Below, one piece after another: positions 12,401 to 28,479 of a stretch of 64,000 nucleotides of DNA. A program made the translations under genes and the position numbers. The stretch is from Octopus sinensis (Eukaryota), in NCBI RefSeq assembly GCF_006345805.1, contig NC_043000.1, positions 42,346,001 through 42,410,000 on the forward strand, read 5' to 3'. Under the pieces are notes generated by a model that made no database searches, was not told the origin of the DNA, and saw only the letters and a program-made list of their open reading frames with translations. The stretch's first letter is position 1, and each line of letters opens with the position of its first letter.

Positions 12401-12805
12401 GCGTGTGTAAAAATGCAAGTGCGCCTGCAAGCACAGGCATGCTTAGATATATACGTTTGGTGTAAACGTATTTAGTGTAATATTTTTATCACTCTCTGTA
12501 CAGAAATTATGTTTATAATATTTTACATAATATACAAATACCAATATATAGAAGCAAACACACACAAACACACACGTACGCGCACATTCACGCACATACA
12601 CAAATGCATATAATGCACCACTGAGTAGATGTACGTATGTATGTATGCAACTGTGTTTGTTTAAGATATATGTGTGTGTTTGTGTGTGTATCTGTGTGTG
12701 TATTTGTGTTTATGCATACATGTATATGTATATATGTGTGTATGTATACACACATACAAACACATATGTATGTATGTGTACATGTATATGTATTATATAT
12801 GTAAA

Positions 12806-12859
<54 letters not shown>

Positions 12860-12949
12860 ATACACACACAGACACATACACATATAAATATATACTATTC
12901 CTATGTATGTAACTATACACACACAAATATATATGTATAATATATATAT

Positions 12950-13042
<93 letters not shown>

Positions 13043-13483
13043 GTGTGTGTGTGTGTGGTGGTGTGTGTGTGTGTATGTGTGGCGTGTGTAAAAATGCAAG
13101 TGCGCCTGCAAGCACAAGGCATGCTTAGATATATACGTTTGTGTAAACGTATTTAGTGTACTATTTTTATCACTCTCTGTACAGAAATTATGTTTATAAT
13201 ATTTTACATAATATACAAATACCAATATATAGAAGCAAACACACACACACACACGTACGCGCACATTCACGCACATACACAAATGCATATAATGCACCAC
13301 TGAGTAGATGTACGTATGTATGTATGCAACTGTGTTTGTTTAAGATATATGTGTGTGTTTTGTGTGTATCTGTGTGTGTATTTGTGTTTATGCATACATG
13401 TATATGTATATATGTGTGTATGTATACACACTACAACACATATGTATGTATGTGTACATGATATGTATTATATATGTAAATTA

Positions 13484-13534
<51 letters not shown>

Positions 13535-13617
13535 GTGTGTATACACACACAACCAACACATAAAAGTATATACTATTCCATGTATGTAACTATACACACA
13601 CAAATATATATGTATAA
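12401..13617. repeat. Tandem duplication, period ~681 bp, of microsatellite-rich DNA
   Basis: gcgtgtgtaaaaatgcaagtgcgcctgcaagcac at 12401 and 13082, colinear for ~540 bp. Confidence 0.9.
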
Positions 13618-14910
13618 ATATATATAAATCTAAATTTTGTTAATTTATATTTACTATATATATTTATATATATATAATATATATATCTACATACATGTGT
13701 GAATGTATCCGCTATGTACGTATGTATATTTTGTTTTTTATCTGTGTGCGTATTTGTGCGGGTGTATGTGTATATGGGCATGTGTATTTGTGTGTCTCTC
13801 TCTGCGTGTGTCTGAGATATCACATAGGTAAGTGTATAAGCGCATGGGTATAGAAAAAATCTAATACTGACGTGCTGGTGTAGGCGGAGTTCAGCAGAAG
13901 CCAAGGCCTTCAGCCTGTGCTGACCTCTTCAGATCAATTATGACTTGTTTATCACAATGCTTAACTTAATACTGGAATTTCCTTTTATCTTCTGTAATAT
14001 CAGACAGTTTAGGGTCAGTAGTTGCAGAAAAGAAGCAAAGATGGGGGTTGCACAGTCAATACCACCCAACCCTGGAGACAAGCAAATCAGAGATAGATTC
14101 CTATATAGCTCTATCTATCGTATAATTAACGCTGATGATTCTAGAAAACACGAATCGAGCTTGTTAGCTATTAAAGCTGTTATTTATGAGTTGTCAGAAA
14201 CGGTGGAGCGGTTCACAAATTTCCTGGTGTTGTTTAGTATCTATCTGTCTACATTATTTGTTCAAATTTCACCAAGGTCACAGTAACACTTTTTATTTCA
14301 TCATTGTGCACTAAATAAGTACCAGTCAAATATTGGTGTTAATATATACTGCACCCACAATTTTATGCCTTGAGCCTATATTAGTAACCGTGTATGAAAT
14401 GGCATAATCGGAGGAGCACTGAAAGAAAATGCCTTGTGGTATTTATAAGTTGCCTTCAAATCTCAACAGAAGTCAGTTGTGTTACTTATCGACTCACCGT
14501 TTCGTGGTTGATGAAATAAAGTAACAGGACGCAAGTTCTTTGTAAAAATTTTGTTTATACTTCTTGCACTGAAGAGTACATTGATATATAATGAATTAAT
14601 TTAATTAATTTAATTTAATTCAATTCAACCATGAATCTGCATTATTTTATATCTCTGTACGAAACGATCATCTGCACGAATTAACATTCTCTTATATACT
14701 TTAACATCTTCTCTTCGCTATTTTTCACTAAACTGTTAAGTTTTATGGCATTTCTTTCCATAAATTCACAACACAGCATATACAAGTATTATTTTCATAT
14801 TCGCAAATTTACGCCTGTAAATATGAAAAATCAATATCTTTTTGGAAACCTCCAAATTAAAGGGCAATCTAAATTCAATCTTTTTCATCTCTCTCTCTCT
14901 CTCTCTCTCT

Positions 14911-14951
<41 letters not shown>

Positions 14952-15113
14952 GACGGCCTTCTTTGAGTTTCCGTCTACCAAATCCACTCCCATGGTTTTG
15001 GTCGGCCCGAAACTATAGTTGAAGACACTTGCCCAAGGTGCCACGCAGTGGGACTGAGCCCGGAACCATATGTTTTGGTAAGCAAGCTACTTACCACACA
15101 GCCACTCCTGCGT
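14952..15113 (-). mobile_element. tRNA/CORE-like SINE head
   Basis: Reverse complement acgcaggagtggctgtgtggtaagtagcttgc...ggcaccttgggcaagtgtcttc...ggtagacggaaactc. Confidence 0.9.
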
Positions 15114-15129
15114 CTATAAAAATTAGCTT

Positions 15130-15202
15130 CGCCAAACGTGGGGCTTGAACCCACGACCCCGAAATTAAGAATCTCGTGCTCTACTGACTGAGCTAGCTGG
15201 GC
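15130..15202 (-). tRNA. tRNA-Lys-CTT: tRNA-Lys(CTT), probably pseudogenised
   Basis: 73-nt reverse complement GCCCAGCTAGCTCAGTCAGTAGAGCACGAGATTCTTAATTTCGGGGTCGTGGGTTCAAGCCCCACGTTTGGCG. Close to canonical metazoan tRNA-Lys-CTT, but the D-loop GG is AG and there is a C4.T69 mismatch. No CCA; TTTT lies ~8 nt downstream. Confidence 0.85.
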
Positions 15203-16779
15203 TACATGTATGTATGTATGTATGTATGTATGTATGTATGTATGTATGTATGTATGTATGTATGTATGTATATGTATGCATGCATGCACGCATGTATGTA
15301 TGTATGTATGTATGTATGTGTGTGTGTGTCTGTATGTATGTATGTATGCATGCATTAAAGCATGGAATAGCAATTAATAGGATGTAGCACATACAAATCC
15401 CAAAAAATCTAATCTTCAGTGACGTGAGAGTGATCGATTATAATGATTTTCTCACATTGGCCCAAGCCAAAATCTTTTAGCCAAGTTGTATATACCTCGT
15501 ATTTGTTTATAGATACCTGATAAATGAAAGGTAAAATCTAATACATGGAGTAAGACTCATATTCATGAAACACAGGGGCCGAATGAATACATCACAGTAC
15601 TTAATCTGGTGGTCTGCCGTTTCTGTTACACCACCTTAATAAACACAACAGTTACAACAGCTACAAGTTGGCTGGAATCGAAACCAAGTTGTTTCTGTTC
15701 ATCGACTGAAAAATGATACACCTCCACTTCATCAAAAAATTATCTTTGGTTATTGATTTCCTCACTAATAGTCGAGTTTTCGCAATGAAATAAGAGTAAT
15801 TCATCTCTCTACCCCCCCCCCCATATAACAACCACCTCTGTGAAGGAAATAAAAATGGATAGCCGAAGAAAGAATTCAATCCAAATGAAAAGCCTTCGAA
15901 ATCCACCACTATATAATAATCAAGAGATAAAGTTGATTCTGTGGAAATTTAAAGAAGTTTATATACCGAGTGTAGAAACAAATATAAATAAGCAGTGACT
16001 GCAAGAACCTCAAGATTAGTATAAAAACTTAACGATAGGTGCAGTTTTATTGATGACCCTCACCTTACTATTGTTACAGACCAGTAAACAAATGTGGTCT
16101 CAGAATGAAATCAATATTCTCATAAATGCATGGTTTTTATCTCTTCTAAACTGAAAACATAGCTGCTTCATGTCTGAATGAGATTACCAAAAGAACAGTC
16201 CAACTGTTCAATAAGCGGTCGGAGGGGCAAATACACAATAAACACAAATACATTAAAATCACGTTTAAATTAACTCACAGACATTTTGAGAGACTTCACC
16301 ACGTTTTTTCTCCTACTAGAGTTCAACAACAATAACGACAAGAACAACAATAACAACAGCAGGAACTAAAAAAAATCGACAATAGCTTCAACGGCATGAC
16401 CAGCAGCCGCAATCACTTCTCCACAGCCTTTCACAGTCCAGTTATCTATTTTTTCTAATTTCCTCTGAATGCCACAACTGTCCAATCATCATCATTGTCA
16501 TCATGTTCTACTACTACTATCATTACCACAACCAAACAACAACAACAACATGATCAGAAGCCACAACCACTCCTCGCTACTGTCACTATCGATGACCTCC
16601 AGCTTCTAGCTGCTCCTCTCAGTCAAGCATCTCCAATTCTTCACACTCTCAGAGATCTTTCAACACCATCGTCACCCTAATCTATTGCTATTATCTACCA
16701 CCACTACTACTTCAATTAGCGAAGAATCACTCCTTTCTTCCCTCTCCACTCTCCACCACCGTCTGCATGTATTCCTCCA

Positions 16780-19240
<2,461 letters not shown>

Positions 19241-20006
19241 CTGAATGAGTAAGGATCATTCTGAATCTTGTATTATTGCGTAACAATATCCCTCTCATAT
19301 AAAGCGGCATCAAATCACCTTGGTTAGTCTCAGCGTTCCGCTCTAACAACTGGAAATAATTGCCGAATCTCCCACAAATCATCTGCTACTGTCTTAAATA
19401 CGGATATATGAGAATATATCCCTTATGTTGAAAAAAGAAGCGGTAATCAGAATTGGAATCCTTTTTCATTACGAGACTATTCGATCAGGTTTGATTTGGT
19501 GCTGATCAACAACGCATTTTAGTTCAAGCCAACGAATGAACGCCTCTGTGTGGATGGTCAAACTGTAAGAAATTGCAGCTAAATTTTCCCAATACCACAC
19601 TTTCAAATTCACCGCCTTGAATTAGAAACGACTCATTATACAACACACACACACACACACATCCGCCAACACACACACACACACGCACGCACGCACGCAC
19701 GCACAAACGCAGACAGAGAATAAAATGTGGCACAAGAGGACGACGGAAGACCATACGGACAACATGAAGAAAGAAACATACAAATGACGTGGACGCGCCC
19801 AATCCTTATCAGTTATCGAGCAAAAACCGTTGCAGTTTCGACACCTTATTGGTATTATTGTTCAATTTAGTGGCGTTAACAAAACGTTGCTGGGGGTATT
19901 TATGAGCAAATATGAATATCAGAATGATACAAGTAAAAAAGAAAAGCGGTCTCTCTCTCTCTCTTCTTATATGTATACACACCCAAACACACACACACAC
20001 ACACAC

Positions 20007-20066
<60 letters not shown>

Positions 20067-20224
20067 GTGAACAAATTTATATATGCTAGGAAAAGTACTA
20101 AACAAAAAGTCTTACTGCGGATTATGCCAAAATGTGTTATGTCAATAAATAAAAGTGGAAAAAACTAAAAGCCAAACAAAAAAAAAAAAGAAAAAGACGA
20201 AAAGGTCAATGATAAAATAGACTT

Positions 20225-20332
20225 GGCTGTGTGGTAAGAAGCTTACTTCTCAACTACATGGTTCAGTCTCACTGCTGGGCACCTTGGGCAAGTTATTTCT
20301 ACTATAGCCTCGGGTCGACCAAAGCCTTGTGG
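20225..20332 (+). mobile_element. tRNA/CORE-like SINE head fragment
   Basis: ggctgtgtggtaagaagctt...ggcaccttgggcaagt...gaccaaagccttgtg. Confidence 0.8.
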
Positions 20333-20574
20333 TGTATATATATACTGCTGAACAAGTAATGTGAACTATTCTCCTTAATCTGGGTATCAGCTTCAGTCTC
20401 ACAGGAGTTCAAAGATGCTTCTAATGTCCAGCTTAATCGGCACAAAAGTAACAAATATAGACGTATCTTCCTTTTGTCTGTTGCTGGGAAGATCCTCTGA
20501 AGGTTGTGTTCTTGCTTTGTATTTCTTCGTCCTGTTGGAAACAGCGTTCGACGGTGTTAAAGAATGAGTAACCA

Positions 20575-21620
20575 ACAGCACTTGAAAGCAAAAACTAACA
20601 CTTTGGTGCAAACAGTTCGCGATTTGCTCTTCGCAGACGATTGTGCATTTGTAGCACACACTCTTGAGGACATGCAACGGATTCTAAACAACTTCTCGAA
20701 AGCCTTTGGTCTAACCATCAGCATCAAGAAAACTGAGCTTATCTGTTAACCCATTTACGACCAACATTCCCGCTGTTGCCCCTACTGTATCTGTCGAGGG
20801 AAAAGCACTAAAACTGTTTCCTCCTTCACTTATCTTGGCTCCATTGTGTGGAATGATGCGAAGAGGGATAAAGAAATAGAGTCCAGAATCAGGAAGCCAA
20901 GTTCTGCTTTCGGTAAGTATCGTTGAAAGTGAAAGTTAATGTATATAAGTCGGTGCTCTTGACAACATTGCTTTGTGGTGCTAAATCTTGGACTTTGTGC
21001 CGAAAACACATCAATCAGCTTGATGCTTTTCATGTGCGATGCTTGGGTATTGTCTGCAATATAATACCGAGCGACCATAATCATAACAGTGAGGTACTTG
21101 CAAAATGCTACATATCAGGTATTGAAGCCATCGTTATCAAAAGACAGCTTAGATTATCAGGTCATCCCTCACGTACGAGTGATATCAGAATTCTGAAGCA
21201 ACTTCTCTTTGGCCAATTCTCAACAGGAAGGTCATTTGGATGACCACTATTGCGCTTCAAAGACAAACTAAAAGACAATCTGAAACGATGCAACATTCCC
21301 TTTTCTTCCTGAGAAAAAGCATCAGAACGCAGGACCGGGCGCCAGTCCTACTTCTCAGTTCAAAATTTTGTGCAAGATCGACTCCAGCACCGGGACCAAC
21401 TTCGTGCAAACGTGGAGGCACGCTGGCAAAACACTGCTCTTCTAAATGGAAAGCTTACCTGTCATTATGGTTTTGTGGCACGAAGCAAAGCCGGCTTAGT
21501 CGTTCGCTCAAGGAAACACATAATAAATAATCCAGAATCACTGAAGCAAATTGGGCCCTGAGCTTGTTCCATTTGCCAAAACGTTTGCAAGGCATCAGTA
21601 GGCCTCAGGAGACTAGACAT
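20575..21620 (+). mobile_element. RTE-clade LINE 3' fragment (RT to C-terminus), pseudogenised
   Basis: RDLLFADDCAFVAH...FGLTISIKKTE, FTYLGS, VYKSVLLTTLLCGAKSW, RQLRLSGH, RFKDKLK, terminal [14 protein letters not shown]. Confidence 0.9.
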
Positions 21621-21719
21621 GTTCATGTCTATAGAACATGATGAATACTTCATTTTACTAAACTCTCATTTGTCGTTCACGACAAGAGAATCCATCCATC
21701 CATGCATCTATCCATCCAT

Positions 21720-21761
<42 letters not shown>

Positions 21762-21815
21762 TAATTCAAAAAAGAATATAAGAATAAAAATCACGTTAAT
21801 GATTTTTATCAAGTA

Positions 21816-21847
<32 letters not shown>

Positions 21848-21934
21848 CATATATATATAAAACTTTACTTAGAAATGGATACGAGGCGTCTAATTAAATA
21901 ATGATATAAGTAATACATATATATATATATATGT

Positions 21935-22618
21935 ATATATATGCATATATGAATACAGGACGTCACCGACACTAAACAACATGAAATACGGAAACAAATG
22001 AGTTAAATACACTAACAACGAGTGATAAAAATGGATCCTTCATCATTTGTTGGCTGTCAATCTACTCCCCATTTCAAGCAGTTAACGACAATATGAGTCT
22101 TCGAAGATAGTTGCTCCCATAAATACCAAAATAAAATTTTGGATTTATGGAGGGTCAAAGTTGGGAACCATCTTTGTTTTCCTGCATGGACGTTCTTAGG
22201 ACTTGACGTCTCCTATCTCTCTCTTCTATATTTTCTCCTATTCAAAGAAAATATTTCTCTCAGCGTTTGCTATTTTCTCTCGTTCTGGTCTAACGACCCT
22301 CCATGTTTGTTTTCGTTCGGTTCCTTGTATGTCACCGCTGTCCTGTTTTTGTTCTCAACTTTGACCCTCCATAAATCCTAAATTTTATTTTGTTATGTAT
22401 GGGAGCAACTGTCTTCGAACACTCATATTATCGTTGATTGCTCGAAATGGGGAGTAGATAGACAGCCGACAACTGATGAGGGGTTGTTCTTTGTATTCTT
22501 TGTATTACTCGTCCTGTTTTCCATTTTTCTCTCGTTGTTAGCGTACTTAACTCATTTGTTTTCGTATTTCATGTCGTTTAGTCTTGGTGACGTCCTGTAC
22601 CCATATATGCATATATAT
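21935..22618. repeat. Long imperfect inverted repeat (~235/270-bp arms, ~180-nt spacer)
   Basis: 21935-22168 is the reverse complement of 22351-22618 with one ~40-nt indel. Related single copy at ~38660-38910. Confidence 0.88.
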
Positions 22619-22679
22619 ACATACATACATACAATATATATATATATGTATGTAGATCTATGTGTGTGTCTTCCTGTCT

Positions 22680-22850
22680 GTCTGTGTCCTCCACCACCGC
22701 TTGACAACCGGTGTCGGTATGTTACCATCCCCGTAATCTAGCGGTTCGGCAAAAGAGACCGCCAGAATAAGTATGAGGCTTGAAAAATAATTACCATTGT
22801 CGAGTAATTTGACTAAAAATTCAAGGTGGTGCTCCAGCTGAAACAAATAA
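22680..22850 (+). mobile_element. CORE-like SINE tail
   Basis: cgcttgacaaccggtgtcggt...gcggttcggcaaaagagacc...ggtggtgctccagc. Confidence 0.8.
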
Positions 22851-23423
22851 AAGATAAAATAAAAAATGGAAAGCTTTTGGTCATAAGGCTAACCAATCGG
22901 GCGGACCCAAAACTAGATAGTAAAAAAAAGAATACGATAATATTAAAAATATAATATGAGAACAGTAGACAGCAGAGTCGGTAGAGCGTCAGACAAAATA
23001 TTTTCTGGTCGTTACGTTCACATACGTTTAGAGTTCAAATGGTATTCAGGCCTATTTCGCTTTCCATCATTCGGAAGATCGATAAAAATTATTACCAATC
23101 AAAGAACAAGTGCTGCCAGCCAATATAATCAATGGAATATATTCTTGAAAGCTATGTCCCTGCACGGCCGCAGTCCAATGACTGAAATGAATAAAAGATT
23201 TAAATAATTAAAAAAAGAAAGAAAATGAAAACGATTAATTGAAATAAGGGCGAGAAAAAGCAAAACTCTAAAGCAAAATGAAAAGAATGGCTAAGGAATC
23301 AAAGTGGAAGATTCCGTGAACAAAAAAAAAACAAAACAAAAAAAAAACAGATTTCGAAGAAGGGAATTTTATTTCTCAATGTTTATTGTTATTGTTGTTG
23401 GTATTATTATTATTATTATTATT

Positions 23424-23455
<32 letters not shown>

Positions 23456-24675
23456 CTCTTCATAATAATTACATGCTGTTTTATCAGTTTTCACTTTTGT
23501 CAATTATTTCCACCTCGAGGGAATTTTCGAAGCAAAATAGATTCTTCAGACTCATAAAATTCCTTCCTTTTTCTTTTTGCTCGCATTTTCTTTCTCGCTC
23601 TCTCTCTCTCTCTTTCTTTTTTTTTTTTTCGTTTTTTCCCCTTTGCTTTTGTTGCTGTTATTTTATTCCTTCTCTCTGAATAATGCTTCTTTTCATTATT
23701 CTCTTTCTTTCTTTCCTATTCTTCTTACTCAAACTTTCATTTCCTTTGTGCTGAAAGAATAAATTTTCTACAATATCAGAATCATTTTATCCCTTACAGA
23801 TTCTTTCTCTTACTTTTATCACTCTCACACTCACTATATGCCTGTGTCTCTTCCACTAACGTTTTGTCTCTCCCGCTATCTTTGTCTCTTGCAACATCTT
23901 TTTGTCTCTCTTTGTATCTTTCTCGATAACTTTCTTTCTCTCTCACCATGTTACTTTCTCTTTTTCTAGCTCTGACTCTTTATAACGTCTGATGAACTGG
24001 AAATATAACAAGAATTAGTTTTGTATCTGTACGCTAGGGCATTTAGCACGGATCAATAAATTATTTTCGAAGCCTGCAAGACAACAAAATATATAAATAT
24101 ATTTATAGTAACTGTAAAGCGCTGGAGTAAATGCTCTACAATTTTTAGTCTCTCGTCGGTAGCGAAATAGCAGGTCACGTATGAAGTCAGTTATGAGGTA
24201 TCTGAGACGATGATACAGTTTCAATATTCGTTTTATGCCATTTCATATAATTTACAAAACCTATAATCTCGAGTATGGTAAAACTTCAAATTTCCATTCT
24301 CTTAAAATATAAAGAGTTTTTCAAATAGTGAATTTATCATCGTTATTGAGTAGCGGTAGACTTATACTGTTGCCTTCATGTATAGAAATGTGAAATAGTT
24401 TGACTATATTTTCATTTTTGCCACTAGTAATAAGGTTGAATAATAAATGGTAGAATCTGTTGAGCACCGAATCAGATACTCAAAGACATTCAGTTATGTA
24501 CTTGTATGTCCTGATTTCAAGTCCCGTTGATTTTCATTTTTTCACAGTGAAAATGCTAATAGGGAGTAATATAGTGGAGACCACTCTTTATATTATTCCC
24601 TTTATGCAAAGACAAATCATTAGTATAGACGACAAGAATGTGTTTGGTATTTGAGACAACAAAATACCGTATTAA

Positions 24676-25789
24676 CACTAGAAGGACCGGACTTTTCACC
24701 TCCATTTAAGGACCAGCATGCGTCAATTGACGCAAAGATGCTTTTCAACTTGAAAGGATAAAAAAAAAAAGAAAAGAAGTATAAAATCATCATTAATGTG
24801 TGAATCTATTGAATTTTCTGGCTTCACGATGATGTTAGTCGCAACAGTTACAAAATAAAAAGGAATTTATTGAAATTCTAAACATTCCTTGCAATGTTTT
24901 AGCGCACATTTTCAACGCAGGTTTTTACAGACTTCATACATTTCTGTGATTCTCTTTCAGCATTTTGGTTTCACAGATGTACATCTCACTTTATTTCTAG
25001 AGGTAGATGTTTCCTCAATAGGGCGTTAGATAGTATACGAACTACCGTGAGATGAATCACCACAAAATTCTTCAGCAATTTTTGAATATATTCCCGTTGA
25101 CTGAGTTGCAAACACTTGTGTATATTACCCGGTTGTCTATAAGAGCAACATCCAAAATATTATAAAAATCGTGCATTGGCCATCGTCCACTGCTTACTTT
25201 GACTGAATAAAGACTTGCCATTTAGTCAAGCACTCTACGTCTACCTTATTTTTGTTATAAAATGTATGATGTCAGGCTTCTTCCTGGGGTTATTTTCAGA
25301 AGGAACTTCTACATGCTGATGTAAGGTACACAAAACAACAACATACTTTGATGTTTTGCACTGATGTGATGAGTGACAGTTGGCTTTTGTGGATTTCAAA
25401 ATCAGTTTCATAGACTGGTTTCCCCTGTTTTACTGCTTCTGGTAATTCCCTTCTGTTCTGACGAATTGTTCCGACTAAACTGCAGTTTCGTTTTGCGAGC
25501 TGTAAAGGCTATCCAATTACTGAATATCTAAAACGTTGTCTCATGCATTTATAAACAAATGCAGGTGCAAGTTTCGAAATTTACGAATGAATCAACTGAT
25601 GCGTGTGGTCCTTTAGGTAGTATGTGTTTTTTTTTTAAAGTTGGTGCAAACAACCTACAATCCATAGTATATATAGATATCATAAATCTATGAAACGTCA
25701 AGCACCATAATGTCAAAATCTACAATAGATTTTGAATAGTGTGCAATTAAGATTTCAAAATGCGTCAATTGACGCACTCGGGCCTAGTG
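24676..25789 (-). mobile_element. Internally deleted piggyBac transposon with TTAA target-site duplication
   Basis: TTAA|CACTAG ... CTAGTG|TTAA. Palindrome TGCGTCAATTGACGCA at 24719-24734 and 25761-25776. Minus-strand remnant SLVGTIRQNRRELP, KKPDIIHF, YSVKVSSGRWPM, FYNILDVAL and a Cys-rich C-terminus (~24890-25505). Confidence 0.92.
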
Positions 25790-27199
25790 TTAAAAACACT
25801 GCAGTATTTTCCCCTACTACTATATATTATAAATTCAAATTCATGTGATATGATCTGTACTTTTCACCCCGCTGAGGCACGCTAAACATATAAACATGCT
25901 GTAAGTCTTCAGTTGATTACTTCCACCCTCAGTTGGAGAAAGACAAAAGAATAATTATTGTGCATTTTGAAGAGAAATCTATACGTATCTGAGTTCAAAT
26001 TTCATTAGAATCAACCTTGCCTTTTAGCTTCAATGGATGATAAAAGCACAGGTTATTGTTGTTTTGTTCAAGGACTGCTCTGAACGGGCAGATTTACGGT
26101 GATCAAGTCATTCCAGTCGGACTCATTCCATTGATTCCTGATAGAGTATATCTAGAACTAAATTAGGTAATGTTTTTTTCAACCCTGTTTTTGAGACGGT
26201 AGAGTATGGTTTGGTAGAAATCTGGTTGCTATTTCAAAGATGTTGGGTGACTGAGTCGATTTTCTTTAGCTGATTCGGATAAGTACCATTAATTTACTTG
26301 GGTGAGTTCTATCGAATGTATACACTCGTTTACGAAATTCGTAATGGCTGTTTGATCAATATATATTATTATTTAAGTGAGGATGGACAGAAACTTAGAT
26401 TCCATAACGGGATAATTCTAGGTCTCTATATGCTATTCAAAAATAATAACAGTTGAGAAAGAATTATCTATTTATGTTGCAATAGTATCGATTGAATAGC
26501 ATTTTGGCTTTCGATCGATTAAAAACAGTACGACTGAAAATAAAATAAAACAAACTACTATAAAAGAAACAAAGCAAAGAAGATAAGTTGGATGTTCATA
26601 CATCCCATCTCTCATTCTGTTAACATAATCGGCAGACATATTTCATCCAACATTAAGCAAAATGTTATCAACTGAGAACAAAAGAAGAAAATATTCTGCG
26701 CATATGAGGCCAATATTTGAAAGTATTTTGCACTGCTAAATATTATATCTATATATAAGGTCAGTACTTGAATGTATCTTGAACCACTAATTGAAACACT
26801 AACTATTATAACAATACATGAGGTCACTATTTGAATGTATTTTATGCTACTGATTGTTTATCTACATATACGGTCGTTACTTCAATGCATTTTGAAGTAA
26901 TTTTATATCAATATGACGCCCTTATATTCAAGTCGATAAAACAAATTGCTGTCATTACACGAAATATCCAAAATCAAGGAAATTCAAAACAACCACAGTG
27001 AATTATTGTTTGGATATTTACTGTAATTTGTGACTGAACATCTGCAGCGATTTTAGAAGCAGTTCATAAAAAATATTTTATTATTAATTTGGACAATGTA
27101 CCATCCAGTGGCGATTCTTTAAATGTGGCCTTTCTCGAAGCAGTGTTCAGGAAATTGCTATCAAATGTAGTAACATTATAAAGAACGTAAAATCCAACA

Positions 27200-27660
27200 C
27201 CAAACATGACGACAACCTTCAAACTGATTGCAGTGACTCGGGATCTCTCTTGGCGAACGGATATCATCAATTCGCATAGCCAAAAAGACCTCACGAAGAA
27301 AACTCTCGCCTTTTCAGAGCCCGGAAATATTTCAACAACCACAACAACTAACCATCTACAAAACTCGTATGAAACCACAACTGTATAGTATTCCCATCTG
27401 TGATGGTGCTACTTGTACCCACACACATACGTCTTCGACTGGTTACAAAAAATCCACTAAGTTGATCGGCGTAAAGACGCAAATCAGCGCACACAAGCCC
27501 CTGGCACACATCTATCACTAACTTCTTCCCTGCAGTGGACTCGGCTACCTGGAATCTGTTGGTGTCATTCACCGTCACTCACGCAATCCAGGTTTAGTAA
27601 TCTATTCTCCTCTTGTTACCCATTTTGTGAACAACAGCACTAGCCATCAACCCAGGCCTT
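27200..27660 (+). mobile_element. Decayed CR1/Zenon-like LINE 3' fragment
   Basis: RDLSWRTDII, LFRARKYF, DGATCTHTYVFDWLQK, TNFFPAVDSATWNLL in shifting frames. Confidence 0.6.
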
Positions 27661-28479
27661 CATTCACAGAAAATTGGTCATGTGGAATGTCCTTTCGACA
27701 AGGTAATTACTCCAACCGTCGACTTTCAACTTTTGCGAATGGAAGTTAACTGCGTCGATTTTAACATCATAACGCCAGTGAAAGGTTAAGGTTAAGGTCT
27801 CTTCGACAGACGAAACTAGTAAAAATGTTGAATGCATTTTATACTTATAACCTTTATATCTATTCCTGAAGTCACCAGTACTGACTGACAGAGACAGACC
27901 AAATGTGTTAAACTTACTATTATCGCTGTCACTATTTGAGATAAACTGGGTATTTGTTGCAAGTAAACATCTTTTAAAAGAAAATATTTTCATATTAAGT
28001 TTTTTTTTTTTGTGAAATTAATTTCCTTTTTTTACATATAACCCATAGTTCGCTCATATAACGAATTATATAGAGCTATGCGATATGATACTTCAGAAGA
28101 ATGTTTTGGAAAAATAAATTTCTTAAAAATAAACTTAAAGAAGTATTTTTATTTTCAATTTGACATTTATACTTTTGCATTAATATATAGAAAATGGAAT
28201 TTCTACCCTTAGATACTTTTTGCACAAACCTGAAATTATATCCTAGCAAGACACTAAATGACTGTACATGTACGGTAATAATGATAATGATTATAAGGTT
28301 GAGGATTAAGGTGATGTTTTCTTTATTAATGAAATAAGGGTTCTCGAAAAGTTTGGGACGATACAAGATAATACAATGTGCGGTTACATAAAAGCGTGTA
28401 AACATCAAGTTAATAGAAACAAAGAAACATAAATGTGAAACAGGAAATAATTTCTCAAAAGGAGCGGGGAAAGTACCGA

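Noticed and set aside
13933-14150. Possible host exon (QINYDLFITML...)
   Set aside because: No recognisable domain or clear splice donor, and the ORF runs into a SINE.
27107-27280. Possible host exon WRFFKCGLSR...
   Set aside because: It overlaps a CR1/Zenon-like LINE remnant read in another frame.
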